The notes: generated by a model not told the origin, from the sequence alone. A stretch of DNA of 64,000 nucleotides from Bacteroidales bacterium (GCA_003559735.1 PWKN01000217.1:6916-70915), one strand, 5' to 3'. Positions 18,127 to 27,343 are shown, numbered from the stretch's first letter. Translations and numbers: made by a program.

Positions 18127-18918
18127 GTGGCCCAATATGTACATCCAAAGAAATCGCTGGGTCAGCATTTTCTGACAGACCCCAACATTGCACGGAAGAT
18201 CAGTCAAAGCCTAGCACATCATACTGATTATCAGTATGTGCTTGAAGTAGGCCCTGGCACCGGTATGTTGTCGCAGTTCCTGATCAGCAATAAGTCATAC
18301 AAGTGGTTTGGGATCGATGTTGACACGGAAGCTGTTGATTGGTTTATTGCGCAGTATCCTGACTTGCGTGATCAAATGATAGCGGGTGATTTTTTGCGGC
18401 ATGACCTGCATTCGTTATTCGCTGATGCGCCTTTTGCGGTGATTGGAAATTTCCCCTACAACATATCCAGCCAGATCATGTTCAGGGTGTTGGAATACCG
18501 GTCGCAGATCCCGGAAGTTGTTGGAATGTTCCAGAAAGAGGTAGCCTTGCGTATTGCATCACCTCCCGGCAATAAGACATATGGGATCCTGAGTGTCCTT
18601 ATGCAGGCCTTTTACGATGTATCGGTTTTGTTTCATGTTGAACCACATGTGTTTCACCCACCCCCCAGGGTACAGTCGACTGTATTGCGCCTGATGCAAA
18701 AAAGTGACCATTTGCCGGGTTGTGACGAACCATTGTTTTTTACTGTTGTTAAAACCGCATTTAACCAACGGAGAAAGATGCTGAGGAATTCCCTCAGTGG
18801 ATTGCCGGTGCAGTGGGATCTGCTGCCCGGGTGTTACATCACCGAGCGACCCGAGCGGTTGGGTGTGGCCGATTTTGCCGCCATTACAAGGGCCACAGGC
18901 AGGAATGATGAGAAATAG
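18127..18918 (+). CDS. rsmA: 16S rRNA (adenine1518/1519-N6)-dimethyltransferase
   Basis: HPKKSLGQHFL.D.NI..KI and the SAM motif VLEVGPGTG are present. The start is a GTG at 18127. Confidence 0.9.
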   Translation: MAQYVHPKKSLGQHFLTDPNIARKISQSLAHHTDYQYVLEVGPGTGMLSQFLISNKSYKWFGIDVDTEAVDWFIAQYPDLRDQMIAGDFLRHDLHSLFADAPFAVIGNFPYNISSQIMFRVLEYRSQIPEVVGMFQKEVALRIASPPGNKTYGILSVLMQAFYDVSVLFHVEPHVFHPPPRVQSTVLRLMQKSDHLPGCDEPLFFTVVKTAFNQRRKMLRNSLSGLPVQWDLLPGCYITERPERLGVADFAAITRATGRNDEK

Positions 18919-18963
18919 ACGCGCCCTGTGTCTGTGTGTACTTTTACATGAACAAATTTTATG

Positions 18964-18971
18964 TACATTTG
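18964..18971 (+). promoter_or_regulatory. putative -7 promoter box (TACATTTG)
   Basis: Exact TAnnTTTG, 26 nt upstream of the ATG at 18998. Confidence 0.4.
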
Positions 18972-18997
18972 TGTGACAGGGAAAAAAACGACGTGAA

Positions 18998-20323
18998 ATG
19001 GGAACAAAAAAGTTCAACACATTCGAATATGCCGGAGATACCTTTACCGGCGATCCCGGGTTAAAAGGGTTGCACAGGCAGGAAGCTTTTGACTCGCCAT
19101 ATGGACATGTTTTTGTGATTGCTGCGGGTGAAGGTGCCGGCAGTGATCAGCCGGAACTCGTTGATGTTGTCATTGAACGCATCAGGTATTATTTCACCAA
19201 TGAAACAGATGACAAAGCATCAGAGGCCACAAAAAACGCACTTGTTTACACCAGCGGCTACCTTTATCAGCTGTCGAAAAAATATCCGCGCCCGGGTGCA
19301 GACCGCATTCATTGTCTCTGTGTGTTGTTTCACGATGAAGAGATTTATTACTCAACAACAGGCAGATTATGTCTGTCGGTATTTGATGGCAGAAAGGTTG
19401 TTCCATTTCTGACGGAAGGTTATGGAGATCAGAGCGGTAGAAGCAAACCGTTCGGTGAGGAGGGGACTGTTTCGTCGTATATGGGGCAAAAACCACTTGC
19501 TGATGACATTGATGTAGTGGGACCGGTTGAGCCGGCCGATGAAGACATATTGCTGATGGGCTCCGGCTCAGTCTGCAGGTGGTTTCAGTCGCGACAGGCA
19601 AAAAAATTGCTGCACGACCCCATGCCTTTACAGGCCAAAGTGTCGAGGTTGCTCCGTTATGCGAGCGATGAGCTGCAGGGGACACCGGCAGCGGCTATGA
19701 TGATGGTATGTTTTTACAACCTCAAAAACAAGCGGACAGCAGCTGTTGCGGAAGAACAACCGGTCCAGCCAAAAGGAACTGCGAAAACCTATGCAGGCGG
19801 GGGGATGCCGGACAATGTATTTTCCAAGCTTATCGAAACCATAAAGGGTAACAACCTGTTGAAAATTGTCCTGTTGGCCATTGTATCGGTAATTGTTGGC
19901 TATATGTTCTATGACCTGTTCATTTACGACCCGCATCCTGCAGTACCTGTTTCGCGCATTCAGGAGGAAACGGAAGATCAGCTTGTTGCCGAAGAGGATG
20001 TTTTGGACGGCGAGGAGATCGTTTTTCCGGATGATGTTGAATATGTTGTCAGAAGCGGCGACACCTGGCGTCGTATATACAGGCAGTTTGGGGTGTGTTC
20101 TTATTTCATTATCAACCACCCGCCCAATGAAGGCCGGTTTGGCAGCGACGGCGGATTGATTGCCGGACGGCGACTGGAGATACCGGTGAAATATTCTGCC
20201 CGGTCTGAACTGAACCCTGTGTATTATACGTACTTCACCCTGGATAAGGTGGGGGGAAGTTGCGAACATGCCAGCAGGGAATTTATAGCAGATTTTAAAG
20301 AGTCAGTCGGACTCCAGGAATAG
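18998..20323 (+). CDS. hypothetical membrane-anchored protein: degenerate PP2C-like domain + TM helix + LysM-like C-terminus
   Basis: 441 aa. HVFVIAAGEGAGSD and ILLMGSGSV sit where PP2C has VADGMGGH and LLCSDGL. The TM helix is LLKIVLLAIVSVIVGYMFYDLFIY. The C-terminal YVVRSGDTWRRIY...GRRLEIP is LysM-like. Confidence 0.55.
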   Translation: MGTKKFNTFEYAGDTFTGDPGLKGLHRQEAFDSPYGHVFVIAAGEGAGSDQPELVDVVIERIRYYFTNETDDKASEATKNALVYTSGYLYQLSKKYPRPGADRIHCLCVLFHDEEIYYSTTGRLCLSVFDGRKVVPFLTEGYGDQSGRSKPFGEEGTVSSYMGQKPLADDIDVVGPVEPADEDILLMGSGSVCRWFQSRQAKKLLHDPMPLQAKVSRLLRYASDELQGTPAAAMMMVCFYNLKNKRTAAVAEEQPVQPKGTAKTYAGGGMPDNVFSKLIETIKGNNLLKIVLLAIVSVIVGYMFYDLFIYDPHPAVPVSRIQEETEDQLVAEEDVLDGEEIVFPDDVEYVVRSGDTWRRIYRQFGVCSYFIINHPPNEGRFGSDGGLIAGRRLEIPVKYSARSELNPVYYTYFTLDKVGGSCEHASREFIADFKESVGLQE

Positions 20324-20422
20324 AGTCAATGGCAGAAGGTGGCCATTTGGGTCTGCCTGATCTTTATTAGCCCGGACAAAACGGATGTTGGCATAAGGGG
20401 CATAGCGGCCTGGCTTTACCGG

Positions 20423-21727
20423 TCATTTGCCGGACAGGTCCGGGGCAACAACCACCTGCAAGGTGGTACGGCTTTTTTGTTCCATCAGGATCTCCCTTCC
20501 CCTGATCAGCTCATCGATCGTCGACCGGGTATAATGCCTTACAGTGATCAGTTCCAGTCCCGACATGTGTTTGGTGTTGAAGTTCTTTTCGAGATCGCGC
20601 ATCAGGGCTGGTGTTTTGGTTTTATCCGTATCGAAGCAGGCAGAAAAGCTAATGGCTGTATGTTGCATCAGGTTGATCTTCACTCCGTGGCGCGCAAAGT
20701 CAGCAAATATCCGTGACAGGTTGTCCTCGGCAATAAAGCTGAAGTCTTCCGGGTACAGCCAGACCAATACCTGGTTGAACTTAAAAATGTAGGATGGTAT
20801 CTGGTCATCGTTCTGATCATTGTCATTGATCAGCGATCCGGGGAGTCCGGGCTGTGTAAAGGACTTTACTTTCAGTGGGATGTTTTTGCTCGAAAGGGGT
20901 TTTAATGTTTTTGGATGGATTACAGTGGCTCCATAATAGGCCAGCTCAATGGCTTCCTGGTAGCTGATGTTTTCGAGCAAAACGGTATTCCTGAAGATTT
21001 TTGGATCTCCATTGAGCAGTCCGGGCACGTCTTTCCAGATAACCACTTCAGAAGCATTCAGGGCATATCCCAGTATGGCGGCTGAGTAGTCAGACCCTTC
21101 TCTGCCCAGTGTGGTAGTGAATCCCTGCGGGGTTCCACCCAGGAAGCCCTGGGTAATGACCAGTTGTGGCTTTCCCTTTTTGTCATTGTTTTTGAGAAAG
21201 GGGGTAAGCTGTTCTTTGATCTTTCTGCTGGTGGCAATCCAGTCAACTTTCGCATCCCTGAACCCAGCGTCTGTTATGATCAGTTTTTGTGCTGCAAACC
21301 ACTGGTTGTCCAGTCCTGCATCCTTAAGGTACGCACTGAGGATGAGGGTAGAGACCATTTCACCTGTTGAAACGATGCGGTCGTATTCATAATTATAATC
21401 CCCGCCGGGCGATTCCGTAATATAGTAGTACAACTGATAGAAGGCCTGCTCCAGTGTATTGAAAATTGGGTGTGACGGACCAGGGAAGAGTTCACGGGCA
21501 ATGGTGGCATGCATGCTTTTTATATTTTCAAAGGCGTTTGTCATTGCCTCCCGGTCGTCTGACATATACAGGGCACATAGTCTTTCAAGCGCATTGGTGG
21601 TTTTTCCCATGGCCGACAAAACGATCACCAGCGGATCGGTCCCGTGGTGGTTCTGGATGATTTTTGCGACATTTTTTACCGATGCGGCATCTTTAACCGA
21701 TGCCCCTCCGAATTTGAACACCCGCAT
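20423..21727 (-). CDS. lysC: aspartate kinase
   Basis: MRVFKFGGASVKDA...VVLSAMGKTTN is the canonical aspartokinase N-terminus, and C-terminal ACT-like repeats are present. Confidence 0.9.
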   Translation of the reverse strand: MRVFKFGGASVKDAASVKNVAKIIQNHHGTDPLVIVLSAMGKTTNALERLCALYMSDDREAMTNAFENIKSMHATIARELFPGPSHPIFNTLEQAFYQLYYYITESPGGDYNYEYDRIVSTGEMVSTLILSAYLKDAGLDNQWFAAQKLIITDAGFRDAKVDWIATSRKIKEQLTPFLKNNDKKGKPQLVITQGFLGGTPQGFTTTLGREGSDYSAAILGYALNASEVVIWKDVPGLLNGDPKIFRNTVLLENISYQEAIELAYYGATVIHPKTLKPLSSKNIPLKVKSFTQPGLPGSLINDNDQNDDQIPSYIFKFNQVLVWLYPEDFSFIAEDNLSRIFADFARHGVKINLMQHTAISFSACFDTDKTKTPALMRDLEKNFNTKHMSGLELITVRHYTRSTIDELIRGREILMEQKSRTTLQVVVAPDLSGK

Positions 21728-21764
21728 GCTTTATATGCTTTTTTGGTCATTACGCTGCAGCCCG

Positions 21765-21772
21765 CAAAGTTA
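21765..21772 (-). promoter_or_regulatory. putative -7 promoter box (TAACTTTG on the minus strand) of lysC
   Basis: Exact TAnnTTTG, 37 nt upstream of the lysC ATG. The leader is too short for a lysine riboswitch. Confidence 0.4.
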
Positions 21773-21822
21773 TGGAAAAATGGCAGTTCATAAGCCGGAT
21801 GTCCGCTATCTTCTTCCGCATT

Positions 21823-22365
21823 TTATTTTTTACGGTCGAAGAAAGGGTTTTTCGAGGTGGCGCTCAGGGGTATCCCATAAACGATCGCATAGTCTTTGCC
21901 AAGCAGTTGCATTTGTTTGGCTGCAACACCAATGGTATACATGATCCGGTTGTCGATCCGGGCATCCATGGCTACGCTCACGGCAGATCCTATGGCTATC
22001 CCCAGGTCGCCTGTGTTGAATGCGCATGGGATTTCAGGTTTTTTGTCTTTTTCTGAACAGTCGCGGAATCCGCACAATCCACACGTCTTTAGTCCGACAG
22101 ACCGAATCTTTGTCCCCATAATGACCACTGCCTGCGCTGATTCTGTTACATTGCCTGCGTCGCGGATAAAAATGTGGTTGTCTTCTTTCTGGCCGATCCC
22201 GAGCATGGTATTTGCCAGTGACTGAATGTCGCTGCCTGTGAGTATTGAGATGGCAATGGTGTTTATTCCCCGGGCTTTTGGTGCAGTGCGCGCAGCAATG
22301 ACCATTCTTTCCGCGACATCCAATATGGCATCCTGGCGCAATTCTTTTTCATTGATGATAGCCAT
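21823..22365 (-). CDS. DUF2148-type ferredoxin-domain protein
   Basis: ARTAPKARG...CGLCGF.DC...C.FN.GDLGIA.GSA is the pattern I associate with the DUF2148 family. The start was moved to the ATG at 22365 (MAIINEKEL), which removes the overlap with the upstream gene. Confidence 0.65.
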   Translation of the reverse strand: MAIINEKELRQDAILDVAERMVIAARTAPKARGINTIAISILTGSDIQSLANTMLGIGQKEDNHIFIRDAGNVTESAQAVVIMGTKIRSVGLKTCGLCGFRDCSEKDKKPEIPCAFNTGDLGIAIGSAVSVAMDARIDNRIMYTIGVAAKQMQLLGKDYAIVYGIPLSATSKNPFFDRKK

Positions 22366-22423
22366 AGTGACTCGGTTGCATTGGTTTAACAAAGATACCC
22401 GGCTGGCAAAGCCGGGTATGCAG

Positions 22424-23323
22424 TTATGAGAAATCCGTAAATTTTGCAATACTTTCGATAAAGCTGAGTGGTACCATGATCTTGTTTTCAGGATCTTTGC
22501 TGTTTGAGATCAGCAGTTCCACAGCATGCAGGTTCCGGGTATCTTTAATTGCCCGGTAAGCGTCTTTTCTCCGGAGCAGCATCAGTATGTCTGAGTGTTC
22601 CTTAAGGAAGCCAGGCAGTGTATGTGGTGAAGGGTCATCAGTTGGGACGGATCCGTTGACGTGTCCGGCCGACTGGGAGAAGAGCAAAAAAGGAAGATTG
22701 AATTCAGTGGCGAGGTTGCGGATTTTTTTCACGATATGGCCCAGTTGTTCCGGACGGCTTTCAAGACGGGTCAGTCCGGTTGTAATGAGCTCCAGGTAGT
22801 CGATGATGATCAGGTCTATTTCCTGCAGCGTTTTTATTTCCGCAACCCTGTCATATAGGTCTTCGACCGACAGTGAAGGGTTGTCATCGATATAAATTTT
22901 TGCCTTGGCAATGGTGCTCAGCAGTGAGACGACGTGGTCCTTTTCACTGGCACTGAAATTTTCCGATTGCAACTGACTTAAAGACCTCCCCGTTTCACTT
23001 TCCAACAGCCGGTTGGTCATTTTTACATCCGACCGTTCTGATGAGAAAATGGCCACTGCATAATTGTCCTTAATGGCCATGTTGTTTGTAAGGGACAATA
23101 AAAAAGCGGTTTTCCCCATCCCTGGTTTTACCGCAATTGTGTATAACTGTCCTTTCTGAAACCCACCCAGTGCCCGGTCCAGTTCTTTAAAACCGGAAGA
23201 AACACCTCCGGGTGTGGCATTGGCTCCAAAATCCTTGTTGAGGGTCCGGTTTACCAGGTCACGGATACTGGTAAACCGCAAACCCTCTGGTTGCTCTGTG
23301 ATTTCTAAAGTGTTAAGTTCCAT
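22424..23323 (-). CDS. DnaB-like protein consisting only of the C-terminal RecA-type ATPase domain (degenerate motifs)
   Basis: 299 aa. VKPGMGKTAFLLSLTNNMAIKDNYAVAIFSSERS...DLIIIDYLELI aligns with this window's own dnaB (ARPGMGKTAFMLTMARNMAV..IAIFSLEMS...QLIVVDYLQLM). The N-terminal primase-binding domain is absent. Confidence 0.75.
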   Translation of the reverse strand: MELNTLEITEQPEGLRFTSIRDLVNRTLNKDFGANATPGGVSSGFKELDRALGGFQKGQLYTIAVKPGMGKTAFLLSLTNNMAIKDNYAVAIFSSERSDVKMTNRLLESETGRSLSQLQSENFSASEKDHVVSLLSTIAKAKIYIDDNPSLSVEDLYDRVAEIKTLQEIDLIIIDYLELITTGLTRLESRPEQLGHIVKKIRNLATEFNLPFLLFSQSAGHVNGSVPTDDPSPHTLPGFLKEHSDILMLLRRKDAYRAIKDTRNLHAVELLISNSKDPENKIMVPLSFIESIAKFTDFS

Positions 23324-23463
23324 AATCGTAGGTTTTATTTGGGTTATACTTGAAGATTAATTCATGCAAATTGTTGTCACAATATAGGCATTATTTTTTA
23401 ATTCAGCAAATATGAACTTTTTAAACAGACAAATGTTAATCAGTTACATTAGAAATACCCGAT

Positions 23464-24345
23464 ATGATTCGCTACACCATTAACGATCTGGAAAAACTGA
23501 GCGGCATAAAGGCGCATACGATAAGGATGTGGGAAAAGCGCTATAACATTGTTTCTCCACAGCGCACAGAAACCAACATCCGCTATTATCACGACTGCGA
23601 CCTGAAAAAATTGCTCAACATAAGCACGCTCAACAAGCATGGCTTTAAGATTTCCAGCATAGCCCGCATGAATGAAAAGGAGATCAATGAGAAAATCATG
23701 GATATTTCGGGTACCCGCAGCGATCATGATACCCTGATCAACACCTTGGTAGTGGCGATGATTGAGATGAATGAAGAGTCTTTTGAGCAAATCCTGAATA
23801 ACGCCATCCTGAAACTTGGGTTTGAAAAATGCGTAACCCATGTACTGTATCCCTTTTTGGAGAAAGTTGGTGTTCTGTGGCTTACAGGAACCATAAATCC
23901 TGCGCAGGAGCATTTTATAACAAACCTGATCCGTCAGAAGATGATCATTGCGATCGACGGACAGTCAAAAGTGGTATCGCCCGATGCCAAAACATTTGTT
24001 TTGTTCTTACCCGAAAAGGAATTGCACGAGCTTGGACTGCTGTTTTACAATTTTATACTGAAGAAAAATGGTTACCGCGTTATTTACCTTGGTCAGTCGG
24101 TGCCGTTTGACGATCTTGTTGAGATTGTAAATATCCGGGATGCGGATTACCTGTTTACTTATTTTGTTGCTGCAATGAATCATGACGATATTCCCGGCTA
24201 CCTCCGGCGTATGTCAGATGCCTTTCCCACAAAGAAGATCTTCATTACGGGTCTGCAGTTAATGCAGGAAGATCTTTCCCTGCCGCCGAATGTAATTCCG
24301 GTAAAGAATGCAGATATGTTCAAATGCATGCTGGCCAATTTGTAG
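23464..24345 (+). CDS. MerR-family regulator with a CarH/LitR-type cobalamin-binding domain
   Basis: The N-terminal MerR HTH is YTINDLEKLSGIKAHTIRMWEKRY. A W-x9-EH motif (WLTGTINPAQEH) is followed by an ExHxxG-type motif (EKELHELG) in a Rossmann-like segment. Confidence 0.75.
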   Translation: MIRYTINDLEKLSGIKAHTIRMWEKRYNIVSPQRTETNIRYYHDCDLKKLLNISTLNKHGFKISSIARMNEKEINEKIMDISGTRSDHDTLINTLVVAMIEMNEESFEQILNNAILKLGFEKCVTHVLYPFLEKVGVLWLTGTINPAQEHFITNLIRQKMIIAIDGQSKVVSPDAKTFVLFLPEKELHELGLLFYNFILKKNGYRVIYLGQSVPFDDLVEIVNIRDADYLFTYFVAAMNHDDIPGYLRRMSDAFPTKKIFITGLQLMQEDLSLPPNVIPVKNADMFKCMLANL

Positions 24346-24377
24346 ACACCTGAAATCACTCTCTTTTCTGTATTGTA

Positions 24378-24408
24378 AGCTTCCGTAAATGTTTACGGTA
24401 GCTTTTTT
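24378..24408 (+). terminator. rho-independent terminator after the CarH-like gene
   Basis: AGCTTCCGTAAA-TG-TTTACGGTAGCT (one mismatch) is followed by TTTTTT. Confidence 0.7.
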
Positions 24409-24565
24409 GTTCTTAACATTTATTAAACATATTGCCGGCATAAATACGCATTGCAATACCTTAAATAACTTAGCAAAAGCCTATATTAGCTATACAAAAC
24501 GCCTAAATTGCCCAATATACTATGTTAAAAAATTTAAAAACGCTTGCAGGGTTCATTTTTTTGTT

Positions 24566-24573
24566 TAATTTTG
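24566..24573 (+). promoter_or_regulatory. putative -7 promoter box (TAATTTTG) of the ECF sigma gene
   Basis: Exact TAnnTTTG, 36 nt upstream of the ATG at 24610. Confidence 0.4.
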
Positions 24574-24609
24574 TATCAGATTAATTAAACAACTAAAAAA
24601 CAGACTGTC

Positions 24610-25113
24610 ATGACTGCATTAGAATTTAACCATAAGTTATTGGGTTTGCAAAAGAACCTGAAATATTTTGCGTACACGCTGACCTCAAACTATGAGGATG
24701 CCCAGGATCTTGTACAGGAAACGTATTTAAAGGCGTTGACCAATCGCGAAAAGTTCGCAGACAACACCAATTTAAAGGCGTGGGCCTTCACCATTATGAA
24801 GAACACGTTTATCAACAACTATCGTCAGAATGTCCGTAACAACACCATACTGGACAAGACAGACGACCTGTACTTCCTGAATTTGTCAAAAGAGAGCAAT
24901 GTGGGCTTGCCTGATTCCAGTTATTCGCTGAAAGAGATCAGAAAGACCATCGACAAGATCAGTCCGGAGCAACGGAAGCCATTTGAGATGTATAACAACG
25001 GTTATAAATACAAGGAGATCGCTGATCAGCTGAACTTGTCCATTGGGACCGTGAAAAGCAGGATTTTCTTTACCCGGAAAAAACTGATGGACGCGTTGAA
25101 AGAACAACAATAA
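24610..25113 (+). CDS. ECF-type RNA polymerase sigma-70 factor
   Basis: 167 aa. Region 2 is DAQDLVQETYLKAL...KAWAFTIMKNTFIN. The region 4 HTH is YKYKEIADQLNLSIGTVKSRIFFTRKKL. Confidence 0.85.
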   Translation: MTALEFNHKLLGLQKNLKYFAYTLTSNYEDAQDLVQETYLKALTNREKFADNTNLKAWAFTIMKNTFINNYRQNVRNNTILDKTDDLYFLNLSKESNVGLPDSSYSLKEIRKTIDKISPEQRKPFEMYNNGYKYKEIADQLNLSIGTVKSRIFFTRKKLMDALKEQQ

Positions 25114-25165
25114 CAAACGATAACATGTGCAGCCATATGCATACCATAATAATTCTCCATATAAT

Positions 25166-25200
25166 AAAAAAACCCGGCATTGTAAAATGCCGGGTTTTTT
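25166..25200. terminator. bidirectional rho-independent terminator between the sigma gene (+) and dnaK (-)
   Basis: AAAAAAA-CCCGGCAT-TGTAAA-ATGCCGGG-TTTTTT, with an A tract on one side and a T tract on the other. Confidence 0.8.
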
Positions 25201-25261
25201 AATATCGTGCCACAAACTCCTGCTGGTGTTTAACCGGTTTCGGCGGCATGCAGGAGATGCA

Positions 25262-27181
25262 TTATTTAACCTCTTCAAAATCGACGTCTGTCACATCGTC
25301 ATCATCGTCTTTTTTGCCTGATGACGAATCCTGTTGCTGGTCTTGTTGCGCATCTTCACTGCCTGGCTGTTGTTCTGATTGTGCATTCTGATACATTTCG
25401 GTGCTGGCTGCCTGCCAGGCTGCATTGAGTGTGCCCATTGCCGTATCGATTGCGCTGAGGTCCTTGTTCTTGTGGGCCTCCTTGAGCGCTCCGAGTGCAT
25501 TCTCGATGGGTTCTTTCTTGTCGGCCGGCAGCTTGTCGCCAAACTCCTTGATTTGTTTTTCTGTTTGGAATATCAGGCTGTCGGCCTGGTTAAGCTTATC
25601 GATCTCTTCTTTTTGTTTTTTGTCGCTTTCGGCATGTGCTTCTGCCTCTTCCTTCATTTTTTTGATCTCTTCTTCACTTAATCCTGATGAAGCCTCTATC
25701 CTGATATTTTGTGATTTTCCGGAGGCTTTGTCTTTGGCCGACACATTGAGGATCCCGTTGGCATCTATATCGAAGGTCACCTCAATCTGGGGCACACCTC
25801 TGGGTGCGGGTGGGATACCATCCAGGTGGAACCTCCCGATCGTACGGTTGTCCTTTGCCATGGGACGTTCTCCCTGGAGGATATGTATCTCCACTGATGT
25901 TTGGTTATCGGCTGCGGTAGAGAACGTCTCCTCTTTTTTTGTCGGAATGGTGGTATTTGCTTCGATGAGTTTTGTCATTACACCACCCAGCGTTTCGATG
26001 CCGAGGGAGAGCGGTGTTACGTCGAGCAGCAATACGTCTTTTACTTCACCTGTGAGAACGCCTCCCTGGATGGCGGCGCCAATGGCCACCACTTCGTCGG
26101 GATTCACGCCCTTGGAGGGCTTCCTTCCGAAAAACTTCTCCACAAGGTCCTGGATGGCGGGTATCCGTGTGGAACCGCCCACCAGGATCACCTCGTCGAT
26201 ATCGGAAGGTTGCATGCCCGCTTCTTTCAGTGCAATCTTGCAAGGTTCAAGGGTAGCCTGTATCAGCTTGTCGGTCAGTTTCTCAAAATGGCTGCGTGTA
26301 AGTGTCCGCACAAGGTGCTTGGGAATGCCATCGACAGGCATAATGTAGGGCAGGTTGATCTCTGTGGAGGTAGCACTTGACAGCTCAACTTTGGCTTTTT
26401 CTGCAGCTTCTTTCAAGCGCTGCAAGGCCATCGGGTCTTTGCGGAGATCAATGCCTTCATCCTTTTTAAACTCTTCAGCCAGCCATTTAATGACCTCATC
26501 GTCAAAATCATCGCCACCAAGGTGTGTGTCGCCGTTTGTGGATTTTACTTCAAAAACGCCGTCGCCAAGCTCCAGTATGGATATGTCAAAGGTACCGCCA
26601 CCCAGGTCGAACACTGCGATGCGGAGGTCTTTGTCTTTTTTGTCAAGTCCGTATGCCAGGGAAGCGGCAGTAGGTTCGTTGATAATACGACGAACCTTCA
26701 GTCCCGCAATTTCTCCTGCCTCCTTTGTAGCCTGACGCTGGGAGTCGTTAAAATAGGCGGGAACAGTTATTACAGCATCGGTCACCTCCTTTCCGAGATA
26801 GTCTTCTGCAGTTTTTTTCATTTTTTGCAATACCATGGCGGAAATTTCCTGCGGGGTATATTTGCGGTCATCGATCTTCACCCGGGGGGTATTGTTGTCT
26901 CCTTTTTCTATGGCATAGGTAACCCGCTCCCGTTCTTTCGATACGGCATCAAACCTTTCACCCATCAAACGTTTGATGGAATAAACGGTTTTTTGCGGAT
27001 TGATGATGGCCTGTCTTTTTGCAGGGTCACCGATCTTTCTTTCTCCATTATCCGTGAATGCAACAATCGAGGGCGTTGTTCTGCGTCCCTCGCTGTTGGG
27101 GATCACCACAGGCTCATTTCCCTCCATTACGGATACACACGAATTGGTTGTTCCTAAATCAATTCCAATAATTTTACCCAT
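25262..27181 (-). CDS. dnaK: molecular chaperone DnaK (Hsp70)
   Basis: [16 protein letters not shown]...DLGGGTFD... is an unmistakable Hsp70. The protein is 639 aa. Confidence 0.98.
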   Translation of the reverse strand: MGKIIGIDLGTTNSCVSVMEGNEPVVIPNSEGRRTTPSIVAFTDNGERKIGDPAKRQAIINPQKTVYSIKRLMGERFDAVSKERERVTYAIEKGDNNTPRVKIDDRKYTPQEISAMVLQKMKKTAEDYLGKEVTDAVITVPAYFNDSQRQATKEAGEIAGLKVRRIINEPTAASLAYGLDKKDKDLRIAVFDLGGGTFDISILELGDGVFEVKSTNGDTHLGGDDFDDEVIKWLAEEFKKDEGIDLRKDPMALQRLKEAAEKAKVELSSATSTEINLPYIMPVDGIPKHLVRTLTRSHFEKLTDKLIQATLEPCKIALKEAGMQPSDIDEVILVGGSTRIPAIQDLVEKFFGRKPSKGVNPDEVVAIGAAIQGGVLTGEVKDVLLLDVTPLSLGIETLGGVMTKLIEANTTIPTKKEETFSTAADNQTSVEIHILQGERPMAKDNRTIGRFHLDGIPPAPRGVPQIEVTFDIDANGILNVSAKDKASGKSQNIRIEASSGLSEEEIKKMKEEAEAHAESDKKQKEEIDKLNQADSLIFQTEKQIKEFGDKLPADKKEPIENALGALKEAHKNKDLSAIDTAMGTLNAAWQAASTEMYQNAQSEQQPGSEDAQQDQQQDSSSGKKDDDDDVTDVDFEEVK

Positions 27182-27343
27182 TGTTGTATGTTTTTTTTTG
27201 TATGTTCCTAATCGTATTTATTCAGCAAGGTGTTTCCAATGATTGTGCCAATGATGTTATTCCCCATTTTTTTGAAAATATGGCACATGATCGCCCATGG
27301 CCGGCCATGTGGCTGTCAGCAAAATGACAAAAAGGCAGGTTTG

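Noticed and set aside
21728-21822. Possible lysine riboswitch upstream of lysC
   Set aside because: The spacer is only 95 nt, with a -7 box 37 nt from the ATG. That is too short for the ~180-nt L-box, and no L-box motifs were seen.
23370-23383. ATTGT-TGTC-ACAAT palindrome in the CarH-like / DnaB-like divergent region as a CarH operator
   Set aside because: It has only 5-bp arms in AT-rich DNA. I could not fit the nAnnTnnACAn direct-repeat pattern described for Thermus CarH on either strand. The evidence is too weak to call, although the region remains the obvious place to look.
25401-26348. 315-aa and other long ORFs antisense to dnaK (25379-27157)
   Set aside because: They are Ser/Leu/Pro-rich translations of the dnaK complement. 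Long antisense frames opposite hsp70 genes are a classic artefact, and nothing here supports expression.
27262-27285. Sigma-32-like elements (CCCCAT and TTGAAA) near dnaK
   Set aside because: They occur on the + strand in the order -10-like then -35-like, whereas dnaK is on the - strand. The orientation and order are wrong, so this is probably coincidence.
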